DNA of 64,000 nucleotides, taken from the NCBI GenBank assembly GCA_054600435.1, contig BAAIJX010000004.1, forward strand, positions 620,001-684,000. The letters are read 5' to 3'. Below the pieces are notes generated by a model, which saw only the letters and a program-made list of their open reading frames with translations, was not told the origin of the DNA and did no database searches. Shown here one piece after another: positions 12,900 through 27,317 of the stretch (positions are counted from its first letter, which is position 1; each line of letters opens with the position of its first letter). Origin of the DNA: Neophaeotheca triangularis. Lineage: Eukaryota. A program made the position numbers and the translations under genes.

Positions 12900-15395
12900 C
12901 TACTCCCTCCCGCCAGGCCCATCCTCTCTTCCCCTAGCCAGCCCCCTGAGCCTCAAACTGAGCAACCCCTGCGCAGCCCCCTCAGCCCTCGCAGCAAGAC
13001 CCCCAGCAGCAGCCTCCTCGCGCCCAAAAGTAAACGTATCCCGCGATTCCAGCTCTCGGTCGCCCAATGCGTCCCAACCCCCCATATTATCCCCATCGCC
13101 GCTGCGCCCCCAACCGCACTCCCTTGTAGCTTCCAGACGGCGGTCTGAAGGTTCTCCGGAATTGGTGGCGGAGGGTAGGAAGCCGACCTGACTTGCGGCG
13201 GTCTGGCTCGAGCTGTTGCTTGGGTGGTCTAGTGGGGCGAAGGGGAAGGGGCTGTAGAGAGGGCGAGTCGGACGAGTTGCGTAGGCGAAGATCTTAGCGC
13301 CGTTACTGGTGGGGAGGGATTGCGCAGCGGATTGGAGCCGGGCGGTTGGCGATGCGGGTGGCCATGTTAGGTCTGCGTCTGTGTCTCTGGAATCCATATC
13401 TGTGGAGAGAGGGTAATTGAAGTCTCTAGTTGTAGTGTTTGACGCAGTCGTGGAAAGTGTGCGGGCTGACGGCGTTGGAGATATAACTCCATTGCTGGCC
13501 AATGCTAGACCTGCGCCGAGACCAACGTTAGAGTCGCGGCTGGGTTTGTAAGCGCTGTATCGGGGTTCAGGGAGTTGAATTTCGTTTCGGAGGTTTTCTT
13601 TGCCATCGGGGACGCGGTTGGCGAAGACCACGCGGACTGTTTTGTATAAATAGAAGCGTCCTTTGGACGGGCTACAAATGTGTAGGTGGATGAGGTAGCG
13701 CAGCATGGGTCTATCACGGGGGTCTTCTTCGCCGCCTGCGCTGATGGCGGCTTCGGGGCGGTCGGTTCCTAGATTCTTTCGCGTGGCGAGTGGCATATCT
13801 ATTATCGGGCCGGCCGAGTAGGAGCGTTGACGGATGAAAGTTTTTTGCCCTGGTTCCATGTCTGAGAGGTCGTAGGGTACGAGGAAGAGTTTGACAGCGG
13901 TTTTGTTTGGGTTTTTGATGATAATCTGGAGTTGACCGCATTGTGGGATGCGGTAGCTACCGCCCGGCGGTGCTTTTGGGGAAGAGGAGCGGCGCTTTTG
14001 TTTCGCTTTCCGACGAAGGCGGGCTTGTGAGTCTGATGGCTGGCTTTCGTCGCGAGTGCGGGACGTTGAACGGCTGCCGGAGGGACTGCGAATGTTCGTT
14101 ACGCGCTTGTTACGCTTCTCAGGCGACGGCTCCTGGTTTTCGAGATTGTTTTCTAGATCGACATTGCCAACATAAGGGCTCGGTTGGCCTGCTGTAGGTC
14201 CTTCATCTGGCGAGCCATAGCTGAAAAAGACTGCGGGAAAGGGCACAGTGACATGCTTTGGGCATTTAAGGTTTGATTTGCAGTTCCCTTTCCCTAGCAC
14301 ACCTATTTGAGCCACGAAGTTGAGTGGTTTACTCGGGGTCGTGGACATTCTGCCTCGTAGAATGGACTCCTCATACGAACCTACCATTCGTGGTCCGTCA
14401 CTGAGGGAAGGTCTTCGGGCTTTTGCACTTGGGCTCTGTGGTGCGCTTGGTATTGAGTTGAAGGATCTCCTAGGCTGGTGGGCGCGGTATGGTGCAGTCG
14501 CCTCTTTGCGCAATGTCGGCACAGGTGGGCCACCCATACTTCTGGCAGAAGTAGGATAATCCAGGCTCGTATGATAATGTTTGAGGGTTGGTGGAGAATA
14601 AGTATGACGGCGCGACTTGTCAGGGCTTCTGGACTGATGTCGGGACGTAGGCTCCGGCGTGTCAGGTCTGATAGCGTTGACGAGCGGACTTGTTGGAGGT
14701 TGGTAGCTGAAACTGTGTGATAGCGAGGCATTTGAGCCTGCGCGAGGCCTCGATGGACGCCGGTGCTGCTGTTGTTGGTAGTGCTGCTGGAAGCTCGCCG
14801 GCGTAGGCGTAACCCGTCTCTCGTTCCATGCCTGGCGGAATGCGGCAGCTGGGAAGTCTGCATGCCACGGAGCGACAGGAGATGTGGAGAGAACAGGAGC
14901 TTGTTCGTTCGATTCGCTAGGAGCAAAGCGGCCAAGGGCTCTTTGGTCATGTTCCTTTTCCCTAAAATCTCCTCTATGCAACGCCGACCTCGGTCTTTCA
15001 ATTTCCATCCCAGCAGAGTACTGCTCGCTGGAGCTGCCTCTCGATGCCGGCCTTGTTTCTGCTTCATGATCCGTCGGCGCCTCCGGAGATCTCGTTCTCC
15101 TCTGTCCCAGCCTACTGCCAGGCCGTCCAACCTCTGGAGAAGTAGGCCTCGACTGTCCATCTTTGCTTTTGATCCTCCTGATGATTTCCTGTCGGTCAAT
15201 CGACCCATGTTTGTTTGCAGAGATTGGTGTTTTGGGCCTCCCAGTGTAGTATGGATTGTAGATTGGCGGGCTTGTCCGACCATGTTTACTATCCTCGCCG
15301 GGACTCTCACGGCCAGGGCTGCCGCTGTTCGAAGCCGCCATGTTGTTGTTGCTGAGGTTCTGCCACCCGGATGGCATGGTGGTTGGTATAGGCAT
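12900..15395 (-). CDS. FAM214/Atos-like protein (DUF4210 plus Chromosome_seg-type domain)
   Basis: MVGSYEESILRGRMS..FVAQIGVLG..CPKHVTVPFPAVFF..SPYVG and YRIP..GQLQIIIKNPNKTAVKLFLVPYDL..KTFIRQR..LRYLIHL in an 831-aa ORF. Confidence 0.88.
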   Translation of the reverse strand: MPIPTTMPSGWQNLSNNNMAASNSGSPGRESPGEDSKHGRTSPPIYNPYYTGRPKTPISANKHGSIDRQEIIRRIKSKDGQSRPTSPEVGRPGSRLGQRRTRSPEAPTDHEAETRPASRGSSSEQYSAGMEIERPRSALHRGDFREKEHDQRALGRFAPSESNEQAPVLSTSPVAPWHADFPAAAFRQAWNERRVTPTPASFQQHYQQQQHRRPSRPRAGSNASLSHSFSYQPPTSPLVNAIRPDTPEPTSRHQSRSPDKSRRHTYSPPTLKHYHTSLDYPTSARSMGGPPVPTLRKEATAPYRAHQPRRSFNSIPSAPQSPSAKARRPSLSDGPRMVGSYEESILRGRMSTTPSKPLNFVAQIGVLGKGNCKSNLKCPKHVTVPFPAVFFSYGSPDEGPTAGQPSPYVGNVDLENNLENQEPSPEKRNKRVTNIRSPSGSRSTSRTRDESQPSDSQARLRRKAKQKRRSSSPKAPPGGSYRIPQCGQLQIIIKNPNKTAVKLFLVPYDLSDMEPGQKTFIRQRSYSAGPIIDMPLATRKNLGTDRPEAAISAGGEEDPRDRPMLRYLIHLHICSPSKGRFYLYKTVRVVFANRVPDGKENLRNEIQLPEPRYSAYKPSRDSNVGLGAGLALASNGVISPTPSARTLSTTASNTTTRDFNYPLSTDMDSRDTDADLTWPPASPTARLQSAAQSLPTSNGAKIFAYATRPTRPLYSPFPFAPLDHPSNSSSQTAASQVGFLPSATNSGEPSDRRLEATRECGWGRSGDGDNMGGWDALGDRELESRDTFTFGREEAAAGGLAARAEGAAQGLLSLRLRGLARGREDGPGGRE

Positions 15396-16148
15396 ATCTC
15401 ATTGCCACAAACACAGAAGGTGCCTGCTTAGATGGAGTTTGAGTGCATGAGGATATGGGCCAAAGCACCCTGGTAGAGTCGGACACGGGACTTGGTCGTG
15501 GTCCGATATCGTCGTATTACCGTCACACGTGGTCATGAGAGTGGTACTCGTAGCAGGCGAGGTACTGTAGATATGCTGAGGATTGAAACAGTGAGTGAGT
15601 AATGCCTGTAGCGGTACTATTAGGCCTCGGGCGGTCACGGCAGGGTCGTGCTGTCTCGGGCGTGCATGCGTCAAAGCGGTGCGGTCACGGCGACGGAGAG
15701 AAGACAAAGCGGGAGTGGGAGAGAAAAGCGGTAGGAGGGCAATACTTATGAGGATGATGTCGTTTTGTATTATGATTGTGGATGTAAGGTAGGTAGTCTT
15801 TCCCCCTCTCGGACACGATCGCGGTCGTTACTTAAGCGCTTCGTGCCTTGACAAAGCCAGCCGTGGACATCGTCGTCACCTCGTGATGCCGAACGACGGG
15901 AGTCGTCCTCTGAGACGTCAAGATAACCGTGCACCTTCCGCATCAAAGGTGGAGTAAGATATGTATCTGTTCTGCAACTCCCGCCGCTAGTCTGTCTTCA
16001 GTCAGCTGATAACGCCCCGATAAGATATCATTTTTCGGACCATCCTCAGTACTAACGAGCCAACCAACCAAGCAAGCAATCAACCAACCAACATCATCCA
16101 ACCTCGTAATAAGTAAGGGACTCGACTATCTCCACAACAATAGCAAAC

Positions 16149-16940
16149 ATGCCGGAGAAACGTAAACTCGATACCGTCACCGAGCGACCCCAGTCATCCA
16201 AAAAGCACAAATCCACCTCCACCCCCAAACCCACCACCAAAAAACACGGCTTCCAAGTCGGCCCCGCCAACCTCCCTGACGGAACCTACAAGCGCAAAAC
16301 CCAGGAGATCAAGCGCAACCTGATCGAACGCGCCAACATCAAAAAGGAATACGCCAAAGTGAAGAAACTGTCCAAAGACCCCTCTCAAGACCGGAAAGAG
16401 AAGCGAGATGCATTGCCCGTGCCAGCGAGCGTGAGATTGGACGAGGAGAAGGAGAGGAGGAGGAAGGCTATGATGGAAGGGCAGGAGGCCGACGATAGTA
16501 GCGGGAGTGGTAGCGATAGCGATAGCGAGGAGCCTGAGGCCGAGCCTGAAGCTGAGGAAGAGCAAGCCGCCAAGGCGGTCGATACCCCCCACCCTTCCCG
16601 CCAGGACCTGATGGAAGGCCCGCCCCCCGCCGCTCCAGAACCCGACGACGATACCGTCCACCCTTCCCGCCAACCGCGTGTCCGCCGCGCGAAAACTGCG
16701 CCTTTCCAGCGCGAATACTCGGCCGCGCAGAAGCGGAAACAGGAAGCCGAGGAGCGGCGGCTGCAATTCGAGAGGGCGGAGGCTCAGAAGCAGGAGAAGC
16801 TGGCGGAGAGGGAGAAGTTTAGGCGGCAGATGGCTAAGGCTAGGGGGAATGGATATGGGGGAAAGAGGAAGTTGGGGAGGGAGAGTGGGCCGCTTTTGGA
16901 TAAGGTTCGGAGGATGGTTGCGGGGGAGGGAGGATTGTAA
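16149..16940 (+). CDS. rRNA-processing protein, FYV7-like
   Basis: [34 protein letters not shown], a basic coiled coil, and C-terminal [14 protein letters not shown]. Confidence 0.7.
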   Translation: MPEKRKLDTVTERPQSSKKHKSTSTPKPTTKKHGFQVGPANLPDGTYKRKTQEIKRNLIERANIKKEYAKVKKLSKDPSQDRKEKRDALPVPASVRLDEEKERRRKAMMEGQEADDSSGSGSDSDSEEPEAEPEAEEEQAAKAVDTPHPSRQDLMEGPPPAAPEPDDDTVHPSRQPRVRRAKTAPFQREYSAAQKRKQEAEERRLQFERAEAQKQEKLAEREKFRRQMAKARGNGYGGKRKLGRESGPLLDKVRRMVAGEGGL

Positions 16941-17431
16941 GAGGATGGAGCGAGGGTGCGGGACGGGTGAGGGAGGTTTTGCTGTGGCCTGGACTGGCGG
17001 GTCAGGGTGGGGAGGCATGGACCTTGGGTGTGTTTTAACAATGGAAGGAGTGCGTTTTCGCATTGGAAGGATGTTGTAACTTGTTTCGAAGCGTATAGGG
17101 CAAGTGGATCGCATTATCGAAAAGAGCAGAATGAAAAGTGAAGGTCCGCTTTGCAAATGGAATGCAACCAGGCTATTAAAATACCTGGTCAACGATATGA
17201 TCACTTTACAGTGAAGCCTAATGTTAAGCATAAGAAAGCCAAATAGCGCCTAGCGAGTTCAAACGAAAGATCCTACATCGCTGCATAAACAACGAACCAA
17301 CCAAGCGCCACGCCGATATCTCTCTCCCGCAACCTTCCCGAACCCAATCCAACGCCCCCATCTTGAAGCCATTTCATCACACATATTCGATCCATCATAA
17401 TCCACTCTCGCCCCCCAGAACCACTCCGAGC

Positions 17432-20267
<2,836 letters not shown>

Positions 20268-20393
20268 GGTAGTCCGCTACTGTGTGGCTCTTCAGAATGT
20301 GATATGCGTTTTCAGATGTTTTCTGGGAGGTTGCGCAGAAGATGTCGCCGTTGCTATGATGATTGTTTGTGAAGATTGAGGGGCATCGAAGTT

Positions 20394-20423
20394 CCGCGAC
20401 AAGCCGTCGCGACTTTGACGCGT
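20394..20423. promoter_or_regulatory. MCB element (ACGCGT at 20418-20423) with neighbouring CGCG cores upstream of MCM3
   Basis: Exact ACGCGT plus CCGCGA and TCGCGA about 130-155 nt upstream of the MCM3 ATG. MBF/MCB control of replication genes is established in ascomycetes. Confidence 0.55.
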
Positions 20424-20656
20424 TGTAAAGTGCTTGCAGCTCGCACGGACATATAATCTAGGGTGCGAGTTTGAGACGAATGTATAGAAGTCAGGTCTTG
20501 CCGCTTGGGTGTACTACTAGCAACAAGTTACAGCACAGGCCAAATAGCTGGGGAAGTAGTATCTATGTTCTGTCGCACGCAGTGGCGCGCAAAATTGACC
20601 CTAAAGCACTTCCCTGGACGTCCATTTGGTCTCACCAGAAACGCCTGATCTGCGTC

Positions 20657-21235
20657 TCAAGGACTGCCTAAAGAATGGTAGTTCTTTGACACTCTGCTCA
20701 ATCCGTGACATTTGGTTGGGAAGAGATTTGTCGCGTCGCTTGCCACTCTGCACCCACAAGGACATCTACAACTCCACTCGGGCGGGTCTTGCGCTATTTC
20801 GAGATTCGTCGTGTGCATTGCCAGCTCGGCGGCGAGGTCGGGTAAAATAAGGAGGCATTCTCTCACTTCATATTCACCGTATTGCTTGACAAGATCCGGG
20901 CTGATCAGAATCCAAGCTTCAGTGGCAATTTTGCGAAAAGCCTTGGTGGATTCGGTTGCGCTCCCAGAGAAGACTGTCTGGAAGGCGGGGAATGGCTTGA
21001 TATTGTTGCGCATGGTAGCGTGAATGGCTTCTCCAAATCGACGAGCGGCTTTTTTTCCCAGATCCGGTACCTCGTATTTGGCTGCAACCTTCGCAATGAC
21101 GACGTGGAACTCGAGCATCGAATCGAAGTCGGACCCAAGGGGAAGCTCTTCGGGGTAGTCGAAGGCGTAGAAGTATTTCACCATGACAGCAACAGCCTCT
21201 TCATTGTCTTTGAGCTCGGCAACGCCCCGGAGCAT
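20657..21235 (-). pseudogene. BTB/POZ-domain protein, apparently N-terminally truncated (possible pseudogene)
   Basis: ELKDNEEAVAVMVKYFYAFDY..FHVVIAKVAAKYEVPDLGKKAARRF matches the C-terminal half of fungal BTB proteins. A CTGAC..TAG acceptor lies just upstream, but I see no open upstream exon carrying the BTB N-terminus. Confidence 0.55.
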
Positions 21236-21543
21236 CTCCTACCAGGTGTCAGCGAGACCTGAGTGAAATGTCGCCTACTGCCCTTGTTGTTTAGGAAGTG
21301 TTGTCAAGGCATGTGTACAAGGCCTTGCTCCCTTCTCACGTTATTTATTACAGACTACAGTCTAGTGTAGCTTCATAGGTGGACCGAAATACCCCAAATA
21401 AAAGTCCTAGCACCACATAGCAAGGTCAGCAAGACCCGGCCTCATAAACGCACTCAGGTGATTAAGCCGTCTTGACCCTCGTAATAACCACTCTCAATCA
21501 AACCCAAACCCAAAGAAAGAATAAAAATCGGATCCAACTATTC

Positions 21544-22401
21544 CTAAGCTCTCACACCCATTTCACCCCCTTCGCCCTCCCCCCCAATCAAAGCAACAAC
21601 TTCCTCCCCAACCTCTCTCCCCACGACCTCCCAACCCCGACACCCTTCCCCCTCATCCTCCCCATCCCGAATAACTTTCCTCTCACACCCGCCGTCAAGA
21701 AAAACCACAAACCACCCTTCCCCCCTCGCCAACCTAAACCCACTCCCCCCACCCCCCCATCTCCACAACCTCCAAACCAGCGCCCGATACACCAACCCCC
21801 AACCCCCAACTCCACAAAACCCCTCATTAACCACCACCACCCTCCCAACCTGCCTCAACCGCTTCAAGCTCTCGGCCAAAATATACGCCAAAGTATGCGC
21901 ATTGCTGACGTCGGCGACGCCTGCCGCGCTCGTGTCCGTGTCCGTGTCCATGTCCGTCTCCACCAAAGCCGAGGCGGGGTTTTGTGGTCGGATAGTTAGC
22001 GAGGAGAGGTGGAGATTGCGACAGCCGAAGGGCAGGGTTTCCCAGGTTTCGTTCAGGGCGCGGAGGTCGTGGACGGTGGCTGAGAGGCGCAAGTGGCGGA
22101 TCGAGTGGAGGAGGGGTTTGCGGAGCACGGCGAGTTTGGGGGAGAGGGTTGAGGGGTGGGTTTGGTGGGTTTGGAGGGTGAAGGGGTGGAGGGTGAAGGC
22201 TAGGAGGTGGGTTTCGTGGTGTATTTGGCGCGAGGTTTGGAGCAGGGCTAGGGCGTGTTGTGGCCTGGGGTTTTGGGGCGTGGTGGTGCTGGTTGGGGTT
22301 TGGGAGGGCGTGCTGAAGAGGTGTAGGTAGATCTGGTTGCGGAGTTCGGAAGGCAGGGTGAGGAGGGTTGCTGTTGGGGGTGAAGGGTGGGAAGGGGACA
22401 T
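21544..22401 (-). CDS. F-box-like fungal protein (LPxELRNxIY family)
   Basis: LLTLPSELRNQIYLHLF..LALLQTSRQIHHETHLL; likely ATG at 22401. Confidence 0.75.
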   Translation of the reverse strand: MSPSHPSPPTATLLTLPSELRNQIYLHLFSTPSQTPTSTTTPQNPRPQHALALLQTSRQIHHETHLLAFTLHPFTLQTHQTHPSTLSPKLAVLRKPLLHSIRHLRLSATVHDLRALNETWETLPFGCRNLHLSSLTIRPQNPASALVETDMDTDTDTSAAGVADVSNAHTLAYILAESLKRLRQVGRVVVVNEGFCGVGGWGLVYRALVWRLWRWGGGGSGFRLARGEGWFVVFLDGGCERKVIRDGEDEGEGCRGWEVVGREVGEEVVALIGGEGEGGEMGVRA

Positions 22402-22885
22402 TGTTAGAGATGGCGGAGTCGGGATGCGGTTTGAGCGAAGGTGTGTTGTTTTAGGTATGTGTTTGTACAGATGGACTATTTTATTAGGTATGAACTGATG
22501 ATCGTAACTACACGTCAGGCAGGGCAGCCGGTGCGATGGGTATATTCTGTATTGAGGATAGCTTCCGGCGCGTGATGTTGTAGTGACGAGGACAAAGCGA
22601 CTCGACCACAACCTTGCCTCTTAGGTACGCGACTTAGAGCTTCCCAAGCGAGGTCTTGGCAGCCTTCGAACCATCAAGGTAAGGATTCTACAAGACGTGC
22701 GACGCGTAAAGTGCCATTATCCGAACCAGTCACGTGAGTACTGCACTGGAGATGAATCATCCACCAATCGATGCAGGGATATCATACAAACAGCAAGCAT
22801 ACCCCCAATTTCCCCCCAAACGCCGTCCCAAGCGCCACGATGCCCAAACCAGCCCCGGGTAAGAACCTTTCCCATCTGAAATCTC

Positions 22886-24517
22886 CTATCTGAAAATCTC
22901 CTTATGCCATTCACTAGGACAAAGCTTCTCCCAACCCAAATGCTCGCCCTTATCACTCCAAGCCCCTCCAGCACTCCTAACACCCGGAGCTCTCCTAGCA
23001 TCCTCGTAACTGCCCACAGCCTCGGGCATAGTCGCCTTCTGCTGCTCCAACATCTTCCTGGCATCCGGCTGGTACCAGACGTGCGGCCAGTCGCGCTCGC
23101 GCTTGTTTTTGTCGCCATTGTGGTGGAGAAGGACGGGAACACGAGACAGGCAGAGGTGCGTGTAGAGTTCTTTGGCTGGCCAGTCAACGCTGCCGAGGGC
23201 GGAGGTCGAGTTGCGGATGTCGGCGGGCACGTCTGTGGGCGGGCGAGCCGGGCAGTCGAAGTTTGTCCTGGTAGTGGGGATTTGGTCGGAGGTCGGCTTG
23301 TTGCCGTAGACCAGCCACATGCCGTCGGGTTCGGAGTTGACGGTTTGGTGGCCGATGTCGCTCCAGTAGTCGAGGTGCATACCGAATTCCCAAGGGTTGG
23401 GGTCGCCGGGGACGGGGTCGACGTCCGGGGCAGTTTCGTGGGTGAAGCTGGGGTCGAGGACGTTGTCGACTGGGACGGACATGACATGGGAGGAGCGCGG
23501 TTTGGTGCCCCTAGGCGAGTGGGCGAGGCGGAGTTTCTCGCGCGCGTAGGCTTGTCGGCCGAACATTGCGGCGAAGATGCTTTGGTCGGAGCCGTGGTAC
23601 ATGTCGATGCTGCCACCGCTGCCGTCGTCGTTGGGGTCGACTCTGGGATGGGCTTCGATGAGGACTTTGGCTTTTTCGAAAATCGGTCGCATGTGGCGCA
23701 CGGGGCCCATGATGTAACCCGAGTTGAGATAGCGCTGTTTGGCTGAGTACCAGAAGTTCATGCCCATGAGCGTGTCGGTATTGTTGCCGTAGAGATCGTC
23801 GGGGAGAGGCGATTCGTCGAGAGCGTAGCAGGCGACAGTGTGATATTGATTAGGGGCGCAGCGTTTGCCCGAGCCGAAAACGACGGTTTGGTTCAATCCC
23901 TCTTCGCGGACAGTGGTGGCGCCGAGATCTTTCTCCATACGGGCATTGGCCTCTGCTGTAATGGCGTGGTAGCGGTCGAGCAAGACAGACGCGGGGAGTT
24001 GAAGCCAGATATCGTAGGCATCCATCATTAAAACGAGATCCTCGTCTTGGTCGGGTCCTAATGAGTTTAGATATTCCAGGACTCGAATCACTTTAGCTAG
24101 ATGGCTGCCACCTCCGAGGATGCCGCCACTGTCGAAAGACTCGCCCCATGATGTCAGGACGGGGTTAGGGTAGCCCAATAGGGTCGCGCCTAGTAACAGT
24201 TTACAGAGATTGACTTCGGGGTTGTTGGTGGGAAGGATGAGGTGGAGGTTATCGCTTCCAAAATCTCCGTTGGTCGAAGGTAGAGGGTCGTATGTTGGAC
24301 GAACGTCTTTACTCGGGCGGTCGGACATGGGACGAAAGATGGTCTTTAATGATTCCCGTGGATCGTCTGCCCTGGAGAGCAGGACGGAGGCGCCGAGGAG
24401 GGAAAGTAGTAAAAAGAGTACCACAGTGAACCGCGGGCTCCTGAGAGGAACAGATAGTGATGACCTGGATGCCTTTCTCCAAGAGCCCATTTGGGCTTCC
24501 ATATCTGGTAGACGCAT
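22886..24517 (-). CDS. Type II membrane protein, putative GT-A glycosyltransferase (similar to the PLOD/LH3 GT domain)
   Basis: N-terminal TM anchor; DLVLMMDAYD (DxD), VVFGSGKRCAP, RYLNSGYIMGPV, SDQSIF, MHLDY and VLLHHNGDK. Confidence 0.7.
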   Translation of the reverse strand: MRLPDMEAQMGSWRKASRSSLSVPLRSPRFTVVLFLLLSLLGASVLLSRADDPRESLKTIFRPMSDRPSKDVRPTYDPLPSTNGDFGSDNLHLILPTNNPEVNLCKLLLGATLLGYPNPVLTSWGESFDSGGILGGGSHLAKVIRVLEYLNSLGPDQDEDLVLMMDAYDIWLQLPASVLLDRYHAITAEANARMEKDLGATTVREEGLNQTVVFGSGKRCAPNQYHTVACYALDESPLPDDLYGNNTDTLMGMNFWYSAKQRYLNSGYIMGPVRHMRPIFEKAKVLIEAHPRVDPNDDGSGGSIDMYHGSDQSIFAAMFGRQAYAREKLRLAHSPRGTKPRSSHVMSVPVDNVLDPSFTHETAPDVDPVPGDPNPWEFGMHLDYWSDIGHQTVNSEPDGMWLVYGNKPTSDQIPTTRTNFDCPARPPTDVPADIRNSTSALGSVDWPAKELYTHLCLSRVPVLLHHNGDKNKRERDWPHVWYQPDARKMLEQQKATMPEAVGSYEDARRAPGVRSAGGAWSDKGEHLGWEKLCPSEWHKEIFR

Positions 24518-25442
24518 TTTTGAGCTGCGATGTTAGTATGGTGTGGTAGACACCACGCTCGCCGACATACAACTGATGAGGTCTCCAAGCGGTCCAAAGA
24601 TGCAAAGTCGCATCAAGCGCTTGGGGCTTGGGAGGTGGGAGAGGGACTTTTGCCAAGTGCAGACAGCGTGGCTTAATCAAAGTGGTGGTGGTACATGGTT
24701 CGCCGCCTCCGAACGTACTGACTGTCACACTGTGTGACTTTCAAAGTGACGAGAGTTTGTAGAGGAGGAGGAGAAAGATGTCCTCTGGACCAACCTGAGA
24801 CAGTAATCATCATGTCAGCGAGTGCACCGCGGTGCTCCGGACGAGGCAAAAGTTTGTATTTCCAGCCGTGTCAGGCTGTCAGCTCTCAGTAGTACCTAGG
24901 TAGGCTTGGCCAGGGAGTTGGGAAGAGGAGCGGCTGGTTTCATTGGCTGAAACACTCCTTGCACTCCTTGGTCGAACGACGTCGTTCCCCTTTCTGTCGG
25001 GACCGCAAACTATACCTGTGTTTCTTGGCACGGCTGCGTCCGATTCCGCGGGTAAGGCAGAAAGGCGGGCCTCTTAAGGCTGAAGCCGGACACTGAGGTG
25101 GCAACCTTACCTAGGTAGGTCAAGTAGGTACAGTAGTCAGCTTCCAGGGCTGGCCTTAGGGGGCAAGTGACGCGAGACATGTGATGTCACTGCCAAGCAT
25201 CAAACCTGCCTTCCTCTTTCGGCCAGGCCAGCCGCCTGCATCAGCACCTGCATCCGGTGCTGCCCTGTTATTTCCCTGCTCAGATGAACATATCTTCAAC
25301 TCCAACTCCAACCCTGCACGCTCCTTTCCTCTGCGTCTTGACAGAGCAACGACACTCTAACATCCCTCCCGCCATGTCATCGTCCAGCCAAAACACCATT
25401 CTCGCCGCCTAACCCTTCTTTTCCTACTTAACCCGGCCAATA

Positions 25443-27317
25443 ATGGCTTCCCTCCTCCGCCAAATCGTCGCAGGCCCACGCGCCCGCCATCCCGAAGCCG
25501 GCCTCGACCTCTGCTACGTCACCGACAATATCGTCGCAACCTCCGGCCCTAGCGGCACATACCCACAACTCGCCTACCGCAACCCGCTCAAAGATTTGGT
25601 CAAATGGCTCGACGACCAACACGGCGCCGAATGGTGTATTTGGGAATTCCGGGCGGAAGGGACAGGCTATCCAGATGCCGAAGTTTACGGCAGGGTCAGG
25701 CATTATCCCTGGCCGGATCATCATCCCCCGCCGTTTGCGCTGGTGCCGTTGATTGTGGGGAGCATGAGGAATTGGCTTAGGGGGGAGGATGGGGAAAGTA
25801 GTGCTGGGAGCGGTGAAGTAGAGGGCAAGGGGAAGGGTAGGACGGTTGTCGTGCACTGTAAGGCTGGCAAGGGGAGGAGCGGGACGATGGCTTGTTCGTA
25901 CTTGATTAGCCAGGAAGGCTGGACACCAGAGCAGGCTATGCAGCGGTTTACGGAGAGGAGGATGAGGCCGGGGTTTGGGGCGGGCATCAGCATTCCGAGC
26001 CACCTGAGATGGATCACGTACGTTGATCGCTGGACTAAAGGCGGAAAGGTCTATCTAGAACGGCCGGTTGAGATCACAGAATTGCATCTTTGGGGCTTGA
26101 GAGATGGTGTAAAGGTTTCTGTCGAAGGTTTCATAGAAGAAGGCAAGGTGATAAAGAACTTCCACACTTTCCAAAAGTCGGAGCGAGAGATAGTACGGGG
26201 TGGCATCAAAAAGGATAAAAGCATGGCAGACGTCGCGTTGGAAGTTGTCGGTAAAGGCGACAGCAATGGGCCGGCGCTCGATAACCCAACCAAAGTGGAT
26301 GAGCAGAAGACTGAGGAGGCAGTAGATGAAATACGAAAGCCTTCACACACAATGACACTCAACGGCACTTCAGAGGAGGGCGGCGACATCGTCTTTCGCC
26401 CTTCTTCGAGAGTCGTACTCCCTTCCAGCGACGTCAACATCGACTTCGAACGGCGTAATAAAACCAAACTCGGCGGCTTCACCATGGTGACCGCCGTCGC
26501 GCACGTCTGGTTCAACACCTTTTTCGAAGGCCGCGGCCCGGAAAAGAAAGGCTCCCCAGACGACTCAGGCGTCTTCGAAATCGAATGGGACGCCATGGAC
26601 GGCCTCAAAGGCTCCAGCCGAAAAGGTACGCGAGCTTTCGACCGCATGGCCGTCGTCTGGAAAGCCGTCAACCTCGGCGGCTCGAACCGCAAAACCAGTG
26701 TACCCATCCCCGAACCCAAACACGGCGAACAAGTCAAAGACGCCACCCCAGCGGACTGGCGAAACGGCAGCGTCCAGAACGACTCCAGCGACAAGAACCT
26801 CGGCCTCCGTGCCGCCCAACCCGAAAGCGCCGCCGTGTCCCGCGCGAGCAGCACTCGTGGGGGCCAAAACGGCGACAACAACAGCAACGGCACCGACGCA
26901 GCGAATCCCGACGATGACAACGACCTCGAAGGCATCCGCGTCCACGGTCCTAACGGCGAAGCCGATGTGCAAGCCCCCATTAATCCAACCAAAACCTCTT
27001 TTGAAAAAACCCCGCGCTCCCTCACCGAGCCCGTCGCCGTTGCACCCACTTCCGCAACCCCTGCGACTAGCGCTCCGGCCTCACAGACCGATAATCTCAC
27101 TTCCCAATCTCAACCGACGGGTTTGGATCACAGCGGCGGGAATGGGAATGCGCGGGAAGAGGTTTTGTCGAGAGAGGACTTTCTGTCCGGGAAGAAGCAT
27201 GTGTCGACTGAGGATTTACCGGATGGAAGGCGGGCTAGTCAATTGGATACTTATGATGAGGGATTGCTTGGGAGTGTTAAGTTGGGGGGGAAGAGTGGGG
27301 GGGAGAGGAGTTCTTGA
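25443..27317 (+). CDS. TEP1: PTEN-like phosphoinositide 3-phosphatase
   Basis: LDLCYVTDNIVA, YRNPL, WPDHHPPPF, catalytic HCKAGKGRSG, GISIPSHLRW and C2-like HVWFNTFF. Confidence 0.93.
   Translation: MASLLRQIVAGPRARHPEAGLDLCYVTDNIVATSGPSGTYPQLAYRNPLKDLVKWLDDQHGAEWCIWEFRAEGTGYPDAEVYGRVRHYPWPDHHPPPFALVPLIVGSMRNWLRGEDGESSAGSGEVEGKGKGRTVVVHCKAGKGRSGTMACSYLISQEGWTPEQAMQRFTERRMRPGFGAGISIPSHLRWITYVDRWTKGGKVYLERPVEITELHLWGLRDGVKVSVEGFIEEGKVIKNFHTFQKSEREIVRGGIKKDKSMADVALEVVGKGDSNGPALDNPTKVDEQKTEEAVDEIRKPSHTMTLNGTSEEGGDIVFRPSSRVVLPSSDVNIDFERRNKTKLGGFTMVTAVAHVWFNTFFEGRGPEKKGSPDDSGVFEIEWDAMDGLKGSSRKGTRAFDRMAVVWKAVNLGGSNRKTSVPIPEPKHGEQVKDATPADWRNGSVQNDSSDKNLGLRAAQPESAAVSRASSTRGGQNGDNNSNGTDAANPDDDNDLEGIRVHGPNGEADVQAPINPTKTSFEKTPRSLTEPVAVAPTSATPATSAPASQTDNLTSQSQPTGLDHSGGNGNAREEVLSREDFLSGKKHVSTEDLPDGRRASQLDTYDEGLLGSVKLGGKSGGERSS

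Noticed and set aside
16194..17231. 345-aa minus-strand ORF, and similar long antisense ORFs at 7152, 22904, 26051 and 55853
   Set aside because: They overlap well-supported genes on the opposite strand and show no recognisable motifs.
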